Below, piece by piece: positions 45,223-54,413 of a stretch of DNA of 64,000 bases; the stretch's first letter is position 1, and each line of letters begins with the position of its first letter. This DNA comes from an uncultured Spirochaetales bacterium. Lineage in GTDB: Bacteria > Spirochaetota > Spirochaetia > SZUA-6 > CAVTHK01. Under the pieces are notes generated by a model. That model did not search any database. It worked only from the letters and a program-made list of their open reading frames with translations, and was not told where the DNA came from. The DNA lies in the NCBI GenBank assembly GCA_964552235.1, contig CAZKGO010000016.1, positions 1,048 to 65,047 on the forward strand, read 5' to 3'. Position numbers and translations under genes: made by a program.

Positions 45223-47877
45223 GTGCCGGAGCGCAAGAGCGACAAAGAGCTTCTCGCCGATCTGCTGGCCCGAGGGTACGGCGAGGACGAGAGGCGCAAG
45301 CGCAGGGAGCGGGCGGCGGCCGCGCAGCGGAAAGCCGCGGCCCCGCGCGAGAAGCGGTCGGCGCGCGGCGGCTCCGGGCTGCAGTTGAGGCGTCGCGGCG
45401 CAGCCGCCGACGAGGCCGAGGCGGGCGTGCGCCGCATGGAGGATTCCCTCGGGCCGCTTTCGCCCGCGCTGCGCCGCCGCATCGACCGCTACGCCTGGCG
45501 GGGCGGCTTTCTCGCCACCGGCTTCGCCGAAAGGCTGCGCAGCATGCTGACGGTGCTCGCGCCCACCCTCGAGGACTGGGTCGCGCGGGGCCTCGTGCGG
45601 CATCTGGTGGGCCTGCCCGGCGGCGACCCCTCCGATCCGGTGGCCTGCAGCATGCTCGACGGCGTGCAGATGCTGAGCGCGGCCGCGCGCCTGCTGCTCG
45701 GCGGCGAGCGCGGCGGCGGCGAGAGGGCCGGCGGGATCCGCAGACCCGACGAGTCGCGCATCGGCGAGCGGGTCGCCGCAGGCATGAGGGCGCGGGAGCC
45801 CTTTGTCCTGCTCCTGCTCAACCGGCTCGCCGAGACCGACGCGATGGCGGCGCGCGCGCTGGAGTTCGCCCGCATCGCCTATCGCCGCGGGGACCGTGTT
45901 CGGGTGCGAAGCCTCGTGAGGCCCATTCGCTACGTCTACCGCCTGGCCCTGGCCACCGACAAGCTGGAATCCGACGTGGTGGCGCGCCTGGCCTCGACGG
46001 CCGCCGAGATCAACCGCGCCTTCGAAGTCGATGCCGCCGGCCGCAGGCGCGTCGACCACGCGGCCACGGCGGTGCGGGTCCTCGTGGGGCGGCTGCGCGA
46101 CTATCGGCACGAGCTGTTCCCCCTTCTCCTCAAGTGTATGGGGCTGTTCTTTGCCGAGGAGGCGCTCTGGGACGAGGAGAACTTCAGGCTGGTCTGCGAT
46201 TTCGTCGACCTCAAGCCCGGCGAACTGCTGGACTACAACAGCTACGTCGAAGGCAGGGTGCGGAACGCCGCGCGGGCAAGCACCGGGCAGCTCGCCGCGG
46301 CGCGGGCTGCGGCCGAGGCAGCCGCAGCCGAGGCGGCAGGCGGCCTGGTCGCGCCGCAATCCGCAGCGGAGGCCGAGCCTGCCGCCGAAGCGGCCGAGGC
46401 CCCGGCCGAGGAGCCCGCGGAGGGCGCGCAGCCGTTCGCCGCGAGATTCGGTCGCGTGCTGCAGACGCTGCGAGAGCTGTTTCCCGACAGCGGGGTCCAC
46501 AGGCTGCAGCAGTACCACTTCGTGCTGCCCTACTTCGATCTGCGCGTCTTCGGCAAGGACCTCTCGTTCCCCGCGGCGGTGCACCTGCTTCCGCGCAACG
46601 ACCCGATGTCGCAGATCATGGTGCTGCACCGGATCCTCGACAACCTCATCTCCTCCGTCGACCCGGTCGCCCTGGCCGACGCGATGAGCTCGACCACGGG
46701 ATACCGCGAGGGGCTGGGCGATCTGGTGCGCCGCTGGAAAGAGGTGTACACGAACCTCTTCGATCCCTACCTCAAGCAGATCGAGGACTACGCCCGCGTC
46801 ACCGAGGTCGACCGGCACGGCCCGACGGTGCGGAGGATGGAGGACACCGTCAATCGGATGCGCAACCAGGCGATCAGGCACTTCGGCCGCGTGATCGCGG
46901 GCGCCGGCCGCCTTGATCCCGCCATCCTGCCGCTGTACGCCCTCGCCGAGCAGCTGGCGGCCGAGTGCCGGCAGCTCGGCTCCCTGGCCAGCCGCCGCCT
47001 CGTCGCCGAGAGGGACCGCCAGGCGCTGGCCATCCTGCAGTCGATGGCCGAGCGCAACGTCGTCGACCTGGAGGTCAACGGCTACAAGCCGACGATCGAA
47101 CGGCTCAAGCGGCTGCTGGAAAGGCGGCTCGGCAGGCCGCTGGACCGGCCCAAGATGCATCTGGAGTTCTTCGAGGTCCTCTCCGATGTGGCCGCGCTCT
47201 ACGACTGGCTGCTCAACGACAAGGACACCTTCTACCGGACCCCGCCCGACGGGCCGCTGGTGGCCGGCGCCGAGGAGCGGCGGCGCTGGGCGTCGATCCG
47301 CGACTCGGCTGCCCGGGGCTTCGAGCAGCCGCGGCCGCTGCCGGTGAGCGCCAGCGCCGAGAGCTGGGCCCAGGAGTTCGCCCCGCGCTTCGATGCCCTG
47401 CGGCGCAGCGGCAGGCTCACGTTCGTTCTCGTCGAGATGATCGGCCGCGACGTGCTTGAGGCCGAGGGCGAGAGCGGCGCGCTGGCGCTGGCGGCCTCCA
47501 GCGTGCCCGCCCTCGCCGCCGACGCGCCGGTGGCGGCCGCGGCCATCGGGCGCGACCGGCTGCTGCTGGTGACGACGCGCGGAGCCCGGGTGCCCGCCGG
47601 CTGGGTCGACCGATGGCGCACCCAGCTCGGCGAGACGCTGAGGAAGCACCCGGTGTTCGCCGAGGTGCTCGAGCAGAAGCGGACGCCGGACCTGGGCAGC
47701 CTGCTCATCGCGATCGCCGAAGTGGGCGACTGCGGCCACCCCCGCGACGCGCTGGCGCGGGCCGAGGATGTGCTCGCGGCGGCGCGGACCGGCCGAGGCC
47801 CGATCGCGGTATGGTACCGGGGCGAGGCCATCGGGTTCGACGACTACCTTGCGCGCGTGGTCGGCTCCGGCGCCTGA
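45223..47877 (+). CDS. Large hypothetical protein (884 aa) with a C-terminal degenerate GGDEF-like region
   Basis: GTG 45223 has GGGAG 9 nt upstream and lies 6 nt after the cyclase stop. High GC3 and protein-like composition. I recognise no family in the first ~730 aa. Confidence 0.7.
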   Translation: MPERKSDKELLADLLARGYGEDERRKRRERAAAAQRKAAAPREKRSARGGSGLQLRRRGAAADEAEAGVRRMEDSLGPLSPALRRRIDRYAWRGGFLATGFAERLRSMLTVLAPTLEDWVARGLVRHLVGLPGGDPSDPVACSMLDGVQMLSAAARLLLGGERGGGERAGGIRRPDESRIGERVAAGMRAREPFVLLLLNRLAETDAMAARALEFARIAYRRGDRVRVRSLVRPIRYVYRLALATDKLESDVVARLASTAAEINRAFEVDAAGRRRVDHAATAVRVLVGRLRDYRHELFPLLLKCMGLFFAEEALWDEENFRLVCDFVDLKPGELLDYNSYVEGRVRNAARASTGQLAAARAAAEAAAAEAAGGLVAPQSAAEAEPAAEAAEAPAEEPAEGAQPFAARFGRVLQTLRELFPDSGVHRLQQYHFVLPYFDLRVFGKDLSFPAAVHLLPRNDPMSQIMVLHRILDNLISSVDPVALADAMSSTTGYREGLGDLVRRWKEVYTNLFDPYLKQIEDYARVTEVDRHGPTVRRMEDTVNRMRNQAIRHFGRVIAGAGRLDPAILPLYALAEQLAAECRQLGSLASRRLVAERDRQALAILQSMAERNVVDLEVNGYKPTIERLKRLLERRLGRPLDRPKMHLEFFEVLSDVAALYDWLLNDKDTFYRTPPDGPLVAGAEERRRWASIRDSAARGFEQPRPLPVSASAESWAQEFAPRFDALRRSGRLTFVLVEMIGRDVLEAEGESGALALAASSVPALAADAPVAAAAIGRDRLLLVTTRGARVPAGWVDRWRTQLGETLRKHPVFAEVLEQKRTPDLGSLLIAIAEVGDCGHPRDALARAEDVLAAARTGRGPIAVWYRGEAIGFDDYLARVVGSGA

Positions 47878-47912
47878 GGCGCCCGCGCGGGCCGAGCGGC
47901 GCCTCAGGCGCC
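47869..47912. terminator. 15-bp inverted repeat GGCGCCTGAGGCGCC / GGCGCCTCAGGCGCC spanning both convergent stop codons
   Basis: Read directly. Arms at 47869-47883 and 47898-47912, with no U tracts. Confidence 0.4.
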
Positions 47913-48971
47913 CCGGCCGGGGCGCAACTCGCCCGCTTCCAGGCGCGACAGCAGCTCCTCCGCTATGCGCCGGTGGGCCGACGGCATCGGCTGCCGTTCG
48001 AGCGCCGACAGCGCCACCCACTCGCCCCTGCAGCCGTCGGGGCTCACCGCCGACCGCGGAACCGTGCGGGCAACGTAGGCGCGCGGCAGCAGGCGCTCGC
48101 GGAAGCGCGTGTAGGCGTGGGTGCGCGGGCGCAGCTCACCGAGCAAGCGCATGCGGCGGCCGGGGCTCGCAGCCAGGGCCTCGGCCTGCGACGGCGGCAG
48201 GCGCGGGAAGGTCCACAGCCCGCGGAACAGGCCGCGATCGTGAGCGCACAGGTGAACCGCCGCTGCGCGCAGCAGGATCAGCGCCACGCTCTCCCGCGGG
48301 ATCGCGGCCGCGGCCCTCGCCGCCGGAATCGAGCGCTCGAGCCCGCGGGCGCGGGCCCGGCACCCGCCGGCGAGCGGGCAGGAGGGACAGCGCGGTGCGG
48401 CCTTGACGCAGACGCGCTGGCCGAGCTCCATCAGCGCTTCGTTGAAATCGCCGGCCCGCGCCGGGGGCATGAGCCGCTCGAGGGCCTGCTGCAGCGGGGC
48501 GTCGGCGGGCGGCTCGGCCCGGGCGAGCAGCCGCTGCGCCACCCGGCGCACGTTGGCGTCCACTACGGCAAAGGGCTGCCCGTGGGCGATGCTGAGGATC
48601 GCCCGCGCCGTGTAGTCGCCGACGCCGGGCAGCGAGCGCAGCTCGCCGTACGTGGCCGGCAACCTTCCGCCCCACCGCCGGCTCACGATGCGCGCGGCCT
48701 GCAGCAGGTTGCGCGCCCGGCTGTAGTAGCCGAGGCCTTCCCACAGGCGCATCACCTCCCGCTGCGAAGCGGCCGCCAGCGATTCGACGTCGGGATAGCG
48801 GCCCATCCAGCGCTCGAAGTGCGGCAGCACCGCCTTGATCACCGTCTGCTGCAGCATGATCTCCGAGACCCACACCGAGTAGGGGGTGCGCCCGCTGCGC
48901 CAGGGCAGCGGGAGGCGCTCGCGGTCCCACCACGCCAGCAGCGACCGGCCGAGGCCGCGGGCGAGCCTCAC
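47904..48971 (-). CDS. mutY: A/G-specific adenine DNA glycosylase
   Basis: PYSVWVSEIMLQQT, GLGYYSRARNL, LPGVGDYTA and the Fe-S cluster loop C..KAAPRCPSCPL..C. GTG 48971 forms a GTGA overlap with the sulfatase stop; 48977 is an alternative start. Confidence 0.85.
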   Translation of the reverse strand: MRLARGLGRSLLAWWDRERLPLPWRSGRTPYSVWVSEIMLQQTVIKAVLPHFERWMGRYPDVESLAAASQREVMRLWEGLGYYSRARNLLQAARIVSRRWGGRLPATYGELRSLPGVGDYTARAILSIAHGQPFAVVDANVRRVAQRLLARAEPPADAPLQQALERLMPPARAGDFNEALMELGQRVCVKAAPRCPSCPLAGGCRARARGLERSIPAARAAAAIPRESVALILLRAAAVHLCAHDRGLFRGLWTFPRLPPSQAEALAASPGRRMRLLGELRPRTHAYTRFRERLLPRAYVARTVPRSAVSPDGCRGEWVALSALERQPMPSAHRRIAEELLSRLEAGELRPGRGA

Positions 48972-50401
48972 CTCCACGGCGCCTTCCAATCGGCGGTGCG
49001 GATGGCGCCGCGCAGGTGCCAATCGGTGAGCCTCGAGAGCAGCCGGCCCTTGTGCCCGGCGGCCGCCGGGTCGCCCCAGAGGTTGTGCAGCTCCTGCGGG
49101 TCGCTCTCCAGGTCGAACAGCTGCCCGGCAGGCGAGTCGACAAAGTGCACGAGCTTCCAACGCCTCTCGCGGACCATGCTCATCAGTTCCGTGCCCTGAA
49201 GGATGCCGTCGCGCGCGTGCTCGGCGAACACGACCTCGCGCCAGGGCGCGCCGGAGTCGCCGCGCAGCGCCGGCGCCAGCGAGCGAGCCTCCATCGCGGC
49301 CGGCGGAGTGCAGCCGGCCAGCTCGAGGATCGTCGGCCCCAGGTCCATGAGCTGGCACAGGCCGCCGAGCCTTCTGCCGCCCTCGAAGCGGCCGGGCGCC
49401 CAGACGATGGCGGGCACTCGCGTCACGGCGTCGTACATGGTCCACTTCTGGCTGTGGCCGTGGTCGCCGAGGCAGTCGCCGTGGTCCGACGCGAAGATGA
49501 CCACCGCGTTGTCCAGGTACCCGCGGGAGGCGAGCGTCTCGACGATCAGCCCCACCTGCTCGTCGATCATGGTCACGTTGGCCATGTAGTGGCGTCTCTG
49601 GCGCAGGCGCTGCTCGCGGCTCGGGTGCTCGAGGTGCACGATGGAGTCGTGGTCGACCTCGCAGTTGTGCCGGATCATCTGCCGGAAGGCCGGCGGCTGG
49701 GAGGCGATCTCGTCGTCGGTGACGGACAGAAGGGGGAGGTCGCTCGCCTCGTAGCGGCGCAGCGCCCGGGCGACCGGGTCGTAGGGCGGGTGAGGCCCCG
49801 GGAAGCCGATCTGCAGGAACAGCGGCTCGGTGCGCGGGTAGGAGGCGAGCCACCACCGCGCCAGGCCGCCGACGAACACGTCGGAATGCAGCGCCTCGGG
49901 CAACTCCCACGCGAAGGCTCCCAGGCTCTCCCGGTAGTCGGGCCGCCTGCGGTAGCTCTCGCGCTGCTGCTTGACCAGGCCGTGGGCCGCCAGAGCCTTG
50001 TCCCACTCGTCGAAGAAGTACCGTCCCTCGAGGTAGCGGTCCTTGTTCTCGACCACGTAGCGCTCGTGGAAGCCCATGGGAGCCGTGAAGGGCGTCGTGT
50101 GCATCTTGCCGGCGTTGACGCAGTGGTAGCCCGAGGCGGCCAGCTGCTCGACCCACCCGTGCTGCCACAGGTCGCCGTTGCGCCACACACCCGTGGTGTG
50201 CGGGTAGTGGCCGGTAAAGAGGCTCGCCCGCGCCGGGGCGCAGGAGGGGGCCGTGACAAAGCAGTTTGTGAACGCCACTCCTTCGCGCACGAGGCGGTCG
50301 AGGTTCGGGGTGATGGCCCAGGGCGCTCCGAGGGCCGCGATGGTGTCGAAGCGCTGCTGGTCGGTGATGATGAGAATGATGTTGGGACGGCGGTCGCTCA
50401 T
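48968..50401 (-). CDS. Sulfatase (arylsulfatase A family, Cys-type)
   Basis: PNIILIITDQQRFD and the formylglycine motif SCAPARASLFTG (CxPxR), plus ASDHGD..GDHG. Confidence 0.85.
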   Translation of the reverse strand: MSDRRPNIILIITDQQRFDTIAALGAPWAITPNLDRLVREGVAFTNCFVTAPSCAPARASLFTGHYPHTTGVWRNGDLWQHGWVEQLAASGYHCVNAGKMHTTPFTAPMGFHERYVVENKDRYLEGRYFFDEWDKALAAHGLVKQQRESYRRRPDYRESLGAFAWELPEALHSDVFVGGLARWWLASYPRTEPLFLQIGFPGPHPPYDPVARALRRYEASDLPLLSVTDDEIASQPPAFRQMIRHNCEVDHDSIVHLEHPSREQRLRQRRHYMANVTMIDEQVGLIVETLASRGYLDNAVVIFASDHGDCLGDHGHSQKWTMYDAVTRVPAIVWAPGRFEGGRRLGGLCQLMDLGPTILELAGCTPPAAMEARSLAPALRGDSGAPWREVVFAEHARDGILQGTELMSMVRERRWKLVHFVDSPAGQLFDLESDPQELHNLWGDPAAAGHKGRLLSRLTDWHLRGAIRTADWKAPWR

Positions 50402-50453
50402 GGGTGCACTGTAGCGGCGGCGCCGCCGCCGCGTCCAGCGCTGCGCCGGGCGG

Positions 50454-51365
50454 TCAGTCGACGCGGCCGCGCAGCCGCTGGAGCGCCTCGGCAAAGCTGC
50501 ACTCGAACGTGTGGTCGAAGAGGTGCCTCTCCACGACTCCCTCCGGAGTGCGGAATCGCATGATCGGCTCGCGCAGCGCCCCCTCGATGGTCGCAAGCGC
50601 GACGTCCCGGCCCAGGAGGTAGGCGCCGAAGCTGAGCTCGCCCACGGCGGCCGGCTCGCCCGAGGCGTCGTACACCCAGCCGGTGCCGTCCAGGATCTGC
50701 ATAAAGGGCCCGGTCGATGCGTGAAAGACGCGGCTCGGCGGCCGGCGCACGGCGATGATCCCCGCAGCTTCGAGGGCGGCGCACATCCGATCGATCAGGG
50801 CGTGCACCCGGGCGTAGGGCGCGAAGCTGCGCAGGATCATGGTGAACACGTCGGTCTTCTGGTTGTCGCGGTGCAGCAGGGCGGGGATGTCGTAGTTGAC
50901 CACGTACAGGCCCCTGACGAGCTTGATCGACTGCTGGTGGATCTTGGCGAAGTGCCGCTCGTCGACCCAGACCGAAAAGAGACCTTCTTCCGTCATCCCC
51001 AGTCGCTCGAGCGCCTCGTAGGCTCCGACCACGGGCGCGCTGTCGAACCGCACGGCGAAGTGCTGCTCGAACAACCGCTTCATCGTCGGCGTAAAGGCCG
51101 AGCCGCCCTCGCGGGCAAAGCGCTCGCGCAGGGCGTAGCGCCGCGCCACGATCCCCCGCCGCCCGATGAACTCGCCGGGCAGATTGGCCAGGTACGCCAG
51201 CTCGTAGAGGTCGCGCGAAGCGGGCTCCTCCCGCAGCGCTCTGAGCATGCAGCTCTCGGTGCGCACGCCGTTGGTCTCCGGCCTCAGGTACAGGACGATG
51301 TCCTGGACCTCGCGGTCGAGGCAGGGCCCGGGGTAGGGGATAATGACGGTCGGCTGACCGCTCAT
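50454..51365 (-). CDS. Hypothetical protein (303 aa) translationally coupled to aroC
   Basis: ATGA overlap with the aroC stop. Protein-like composition. No recognised motif. Confidence 0.6.
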   Translation of the reverse strand: MSGQPTVIIPYPGPCLDREVQDIVLYLRPETNGVRTESCMLRALREEPASRDLYELAYLANLPGEFIGRRGIVARRYALRERFAREGGSAFTPTMKRLFEQHFAVRFDSAPVVGAYEALERLGMTEEGLFSVWVDERHFAKIHQQSIKLVRGLYVVNYDIPALLHRDNQKTDVFTMILRSFAPYARVHALIDRMCAALEAAGIIAVRRPPSRVFHASTGPFMQILDGTGWVYDASGEPAAVGELSFGAYLLGRDVALATIEGALREPIMRFRTPEGVVERHLFDHTFECSFAEALQRLRGRVD

Positions 51366-52417
51366 GCGAGCATCGCGGCGTGGCGGCGGAAGTGGTCCTC
51401 GAGCGTGAGGGCGGTCATGGCCTCGACCACGGGCACGACCCGCGGGCAGATGCAGGGGTCGTGGCGCCCCTCGGTCACGATTTCCCGCTGCGCCCCGTAG
51501 ATGTCCACCGTGCGCTGCGGCCGCGCTATGGACGAAGGGGGCTTGACGGCGACCCGGAACAGAATCTCGGCGCCGGTCGAGATGCCGCCGAGGATGCCGC
51601 CTGCGTTGTTGGTGAGAAAGCCATCGGGGCCCATCGGGTCGTTGTGCTCGTGGCCCCTCATGCGGGCGGCGGCGAAGCCGGCGCCGAACTCGATTCCCTT
51701 GACCGCGCCGATCGACAGCATCGCCTTGGCCAGGTCGGCGTCGAGCTTGTCGAAGACCGGCTCGCCGAGGCCGGCGGGAACGCCGCGGACGCGGCACTCG
51801 ACGATGCCGCCCAGCGAGTCCTTTTCCGCCTGCGCGGCCAGGATCGCCGCAGTCATGCGCTCGGCCGCTTCGGGATCGCAGGCGCGCACGGGGTTGCTCT
51901 CGATGGCCTCGGCGACGAAGCGCTGGCAGCGGATGCCTCCCACGGCCAGGGTGTAGGCGAGGATGCTCACGCCGCGGGCGGCCAGCAGCCGGGCCGCCAC
52001 CGCCCCCGCGGCCACGCGCGCCGAGGTTTCGCGGCCCGAGGCTCGGCCGCTGCCCCGCCAGTCGCGGATGCCGTACTTCCTGAGGTAGCTCCAGTCCGCG
52101 TGCCCGGGGCGGAACAGATCCTTGATCGCCTCGTAGTCCTGAGAGCGCACGTCCTCGTTGAAGAGGATCATCATCAGCGGCGTCCCGGTGGTCCTGCCCT
52201 CGAAGATCCCGGAGAGGATCTGCACCCGGTCGGCCTCCCTGCGCCTGGTCGTGATTTCGGACTGGCCGGGCTTGCGGCGGTCGAGCGCCTTCTGCACGTC
52301 CTCTTCGCAGAGGCCGACGCCCGGCGTGACCCCGTCGATGACAACGCCCACCCCGCGGCCGTGAGACTCGCCGAAGGTGGTGATCCGGAACACGCTGCCG
52401 AAACTGCTGCCTGGCAT
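51362..52417 (-). CDS. aroC: Chorismate synthase
   Basis: [20 protein letters not shown]-like [14 protein letters not shown], and GGISTG. Confidence 0.93.
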   Translation of the reverse strand: MPGSSFGSVFRITTFGESHGRGVGVVIDGVTPGVGLCEEDVQKALDRRKPGQSEITTRRREADRVQILSGIFEGRTTGTPLMMILFNEDVRSQDYEAIKDLFRPGHADWSYLRKYGIRDWRGSGRASGRETSARVAAGAVAARLLAARGVSILAYTLAVGGIRCQRFVAEAIESNPVRACDPEAAERMTAAILAAQAEKDSLGGIVECRVRGVPAGLGEPVFDKLDADLAKAMLSIGAVKGIEFGAGFAAARMRGHEHNDPMGPDGFLTNNAGGILGGISTGAEILFRVAVKPPSSIARPQRTVDIYGAQREIVTEGRHDPCICPRVVPVVEAMTALTLEDHFRRHAAMLA

Positions 52418-52434
52418 CCGTGGGCTCCCGCGCT

Positions 52435-52992
52435 CTACCCGCCGCGCGCCTCGATGGCGGCGGCGAGCCTGCGCTCATTCTCCTCCACCGGGCCTTCGGG
52501 GTCCAGCGTCACGACGAGATCGGCGAACCGCCGGTACTCCGGGTCCCGGGCGGCCGCGAGGGCGAGGAACTCACCCCTGGGGTCCTTGGGCCCGAGGAAA
52601 GCGGGGGTGCCGCCGCGGGCCACGCGCAGCCACAGGGCTTCGGCGGGCAGGTCGAGCAGCACCGCGAGCCCGAGGCTGCGCAGGATCGGCCGCGCCCTGG
52701 GGTTCAGCGGCGTGCGGCCGCCTGCGGCGATCACGTGGCTGCCGCCGGCCAGGCGGGAGGCGAGGCCGGCGAGCGCCTCGGCCTCGGCGTCGAAGAACCC
52801 TTCGGGTCCCAGCCGCGCGTAGATCTCGCGCGCGCTCGCGCGGGCGCCGGTCTTCGAGCGGTGCGACTGCTCCAGGACCTCGTCGGTGTCGTGGAACGGG
52901 CACCCCCAGCGGCCGGCGAGCAGCCGGCCGAGGGTGGTCTTTCCCGAATGCTTCATTCCGAGGAGCACGACCCGGTGGAGGCCGCGGCTCAC
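52435..52992 (-). CDS. aroK: Shikimate kinase
   Basis: Walker [12 protein letters not shown] followed by FHDTDE. 185 aa. The start overlaps the DUF4340 stop. Confidence 0.8.
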   Translation of the reverse strand: MSRGLHRVVLLGMKHSGKTTLGRLLAGRWGCPFHDTDEVLEQSHRSKTGARASAREIYARLGPEGFFDAEAEALAGLASRLAGGSHVIAAGGRTPLNPRARPILRSLGLAVLLDLPAEALWLRVARGGTPAFLGPKDPRGEFLALAAARDPEYRRFADLVVTLDPEGPVEENERRLAAAIEARGG

Positions 52993-54413
52993 TATTTCAC
53001 GTTCTCCGCGAGGAACTTGGCGCAGTCCTCGAGCATGTTGCGGATCTGGGACCGGGACATGAGGAATTCGCTCTTGCCGTTGACGTGCACTTCGTAGAAG
53101 TCGACGTCGTACGGAGTGTACTCGATGGTGTGCACGCGCCGGCTGCCCAGGTTGAGAGTGTAGGTCATGCTCACCTCGGCGGGCCGCCGTTTCGGCGCGA
53201 CGTTCTCGCCTTCGATGAAGAGGCCGATCAGGCTCTGGTAGACCTTCTTGAAGGGATCCTCCTTGACCTCCTTGCCCTGGGCGAAGTAGGTCGTCTTGAC
53301 TTCGTCGACTTCTTTGCCCTCGTCGTTCTTGACCTTTTCGGTCCGGCGCGTCATCGACAGCGTCATGTCCACTGCGGGACCCTTGACCTGGACCTTGTCC
53401 ACGTGGTCGATGTTCACGATAAAGGCGAACTTGTCCACGAGCTTGAACGGTTTGATCTGCAGAAAGTCGAGGCGGTCGGAGCTCATGGCATAGACGTTGT
53501 TCTGTCCCGCCACGCGGAAGTAGACCTGCCGATCGCCCTTGCGATCGCCGAAGAACAGGTGCAGCGTGTTCTGCTCGTCCTTCAGGTACAGCTCGGCCGA
53601 CGGCGAGGCGAGGCCGTACCGGGCCCAGTCCTTGACGTTGTCCTCGACGAATTCCTCGATCGTGAACCCCGGCAGCCTCTGCAGCCAGTCGCTCATCGCC
53701 TGCGTGTCGGTGGCATAGGGCCGGCTGTAGGGCTTGACCAGGCGGAAGAGGCCCATCGTAAAGACGACGTCCGGGTCTTCGCCCTCTTCCTTGGCCAGCA
53801 TTTCAATCGTGGGCTCTCCCCTGCGCGCGACGCGCAGCGCCTTGAGCTTCTGGCTGTCGATCGACGGCAGCTTCTTGTCCCGCAGGTCATTCGCCACCCA
53901 CTGGAAATGCTCGCCGTGGTTCATCCACACCGCGTACACGGCAGGGTCGCCCTTTTTCTGCAGGTAGAACGTGTTGTTGGCGGGCGTACGGTTGCCGAGA
54001 TGCATCTCCACTGTCGAGCCGTTCTTGAGCGTGGCCCGGGCGACGGCCACAGGCGGATCGAGGCCGTAGGGCTTGAGGTCCGTGGGCTCCTTCTCGACGA
54101 CCTTTTCGGAGTACAGCCTGCCGAAGGAGTAGCCGAGGTCTTCGACCGCCATCTTGTCCAGCGTCAGGGGGTACGGGTTGTCCACCTTCCATTCGTCCCC
54201 CTGCCGGAACAGGCGCAGCCTGCCCCGCGGCGATTCGACCACCATCTCGCTGATCTCTTCGAGCTCGAACTTCGAGATCTCGACCTTGTCCGCGTCGTCT
54301 GTGGTTGCGGTCGCCTTGCTCTTGCCGGGCGGGTTCAGGGTGAACCAGACCGCCAGGCCCACCACGACGACCAGAGCGCCGGCGAGGGAGATGAGCACGA
54401 GCCTCCTGTTCAT
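52992..54413 (-). CDS. DUF4340-domain protein (accessory to the GldG-type ABC system)
   Basis: N-terminal TM and repeated ..W.+..P....D........+..l motifs. Canonical position after a GldG-like gene. ATGA overlap. Confidence 0.65.
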   Translation of the reverse strand: MNRRLVLISLAGALVVVVGLAVWFTLNPPGKSKATATTDDADKVEISKFELEEISEMVVESPRGRLRLFRQGDEWKVDNPYPLTLDKMAVEDLGYSFGRLYSEKVVEKEPTDLKPYGLDPPVAVARATLKNGSTVEMHLGNRTPANNTFYLQKKGDPAVYAVWMNHGEHFQWVANDLRDKKLPSIDSQKLKALRVARRGEPTIEMLAKEEGEDPDVVFTMGLFRLVKPYSRPYATDTQAMSDWLQRLPGFTIEEFVEDNVKDWARYGLASPSAELYLKDEQNTLHLFFGDRKGDRQVYFRVAGQNNVYAMSSDRLDFLQIKPFKLVDKFAFIVNIDHVDKVQVKGPAVDMTLSMTRRTEKVKNDEGKEVDEVKTTYFAQGKEVKEDPFKKVYQSLIGLFIEGENVAPKRRPAEVSMTYTLNLGSRRVHTIEYTPYDVDFYEVHVNGKSEFLMSRSQIRNMLEDCAKFLAENVK

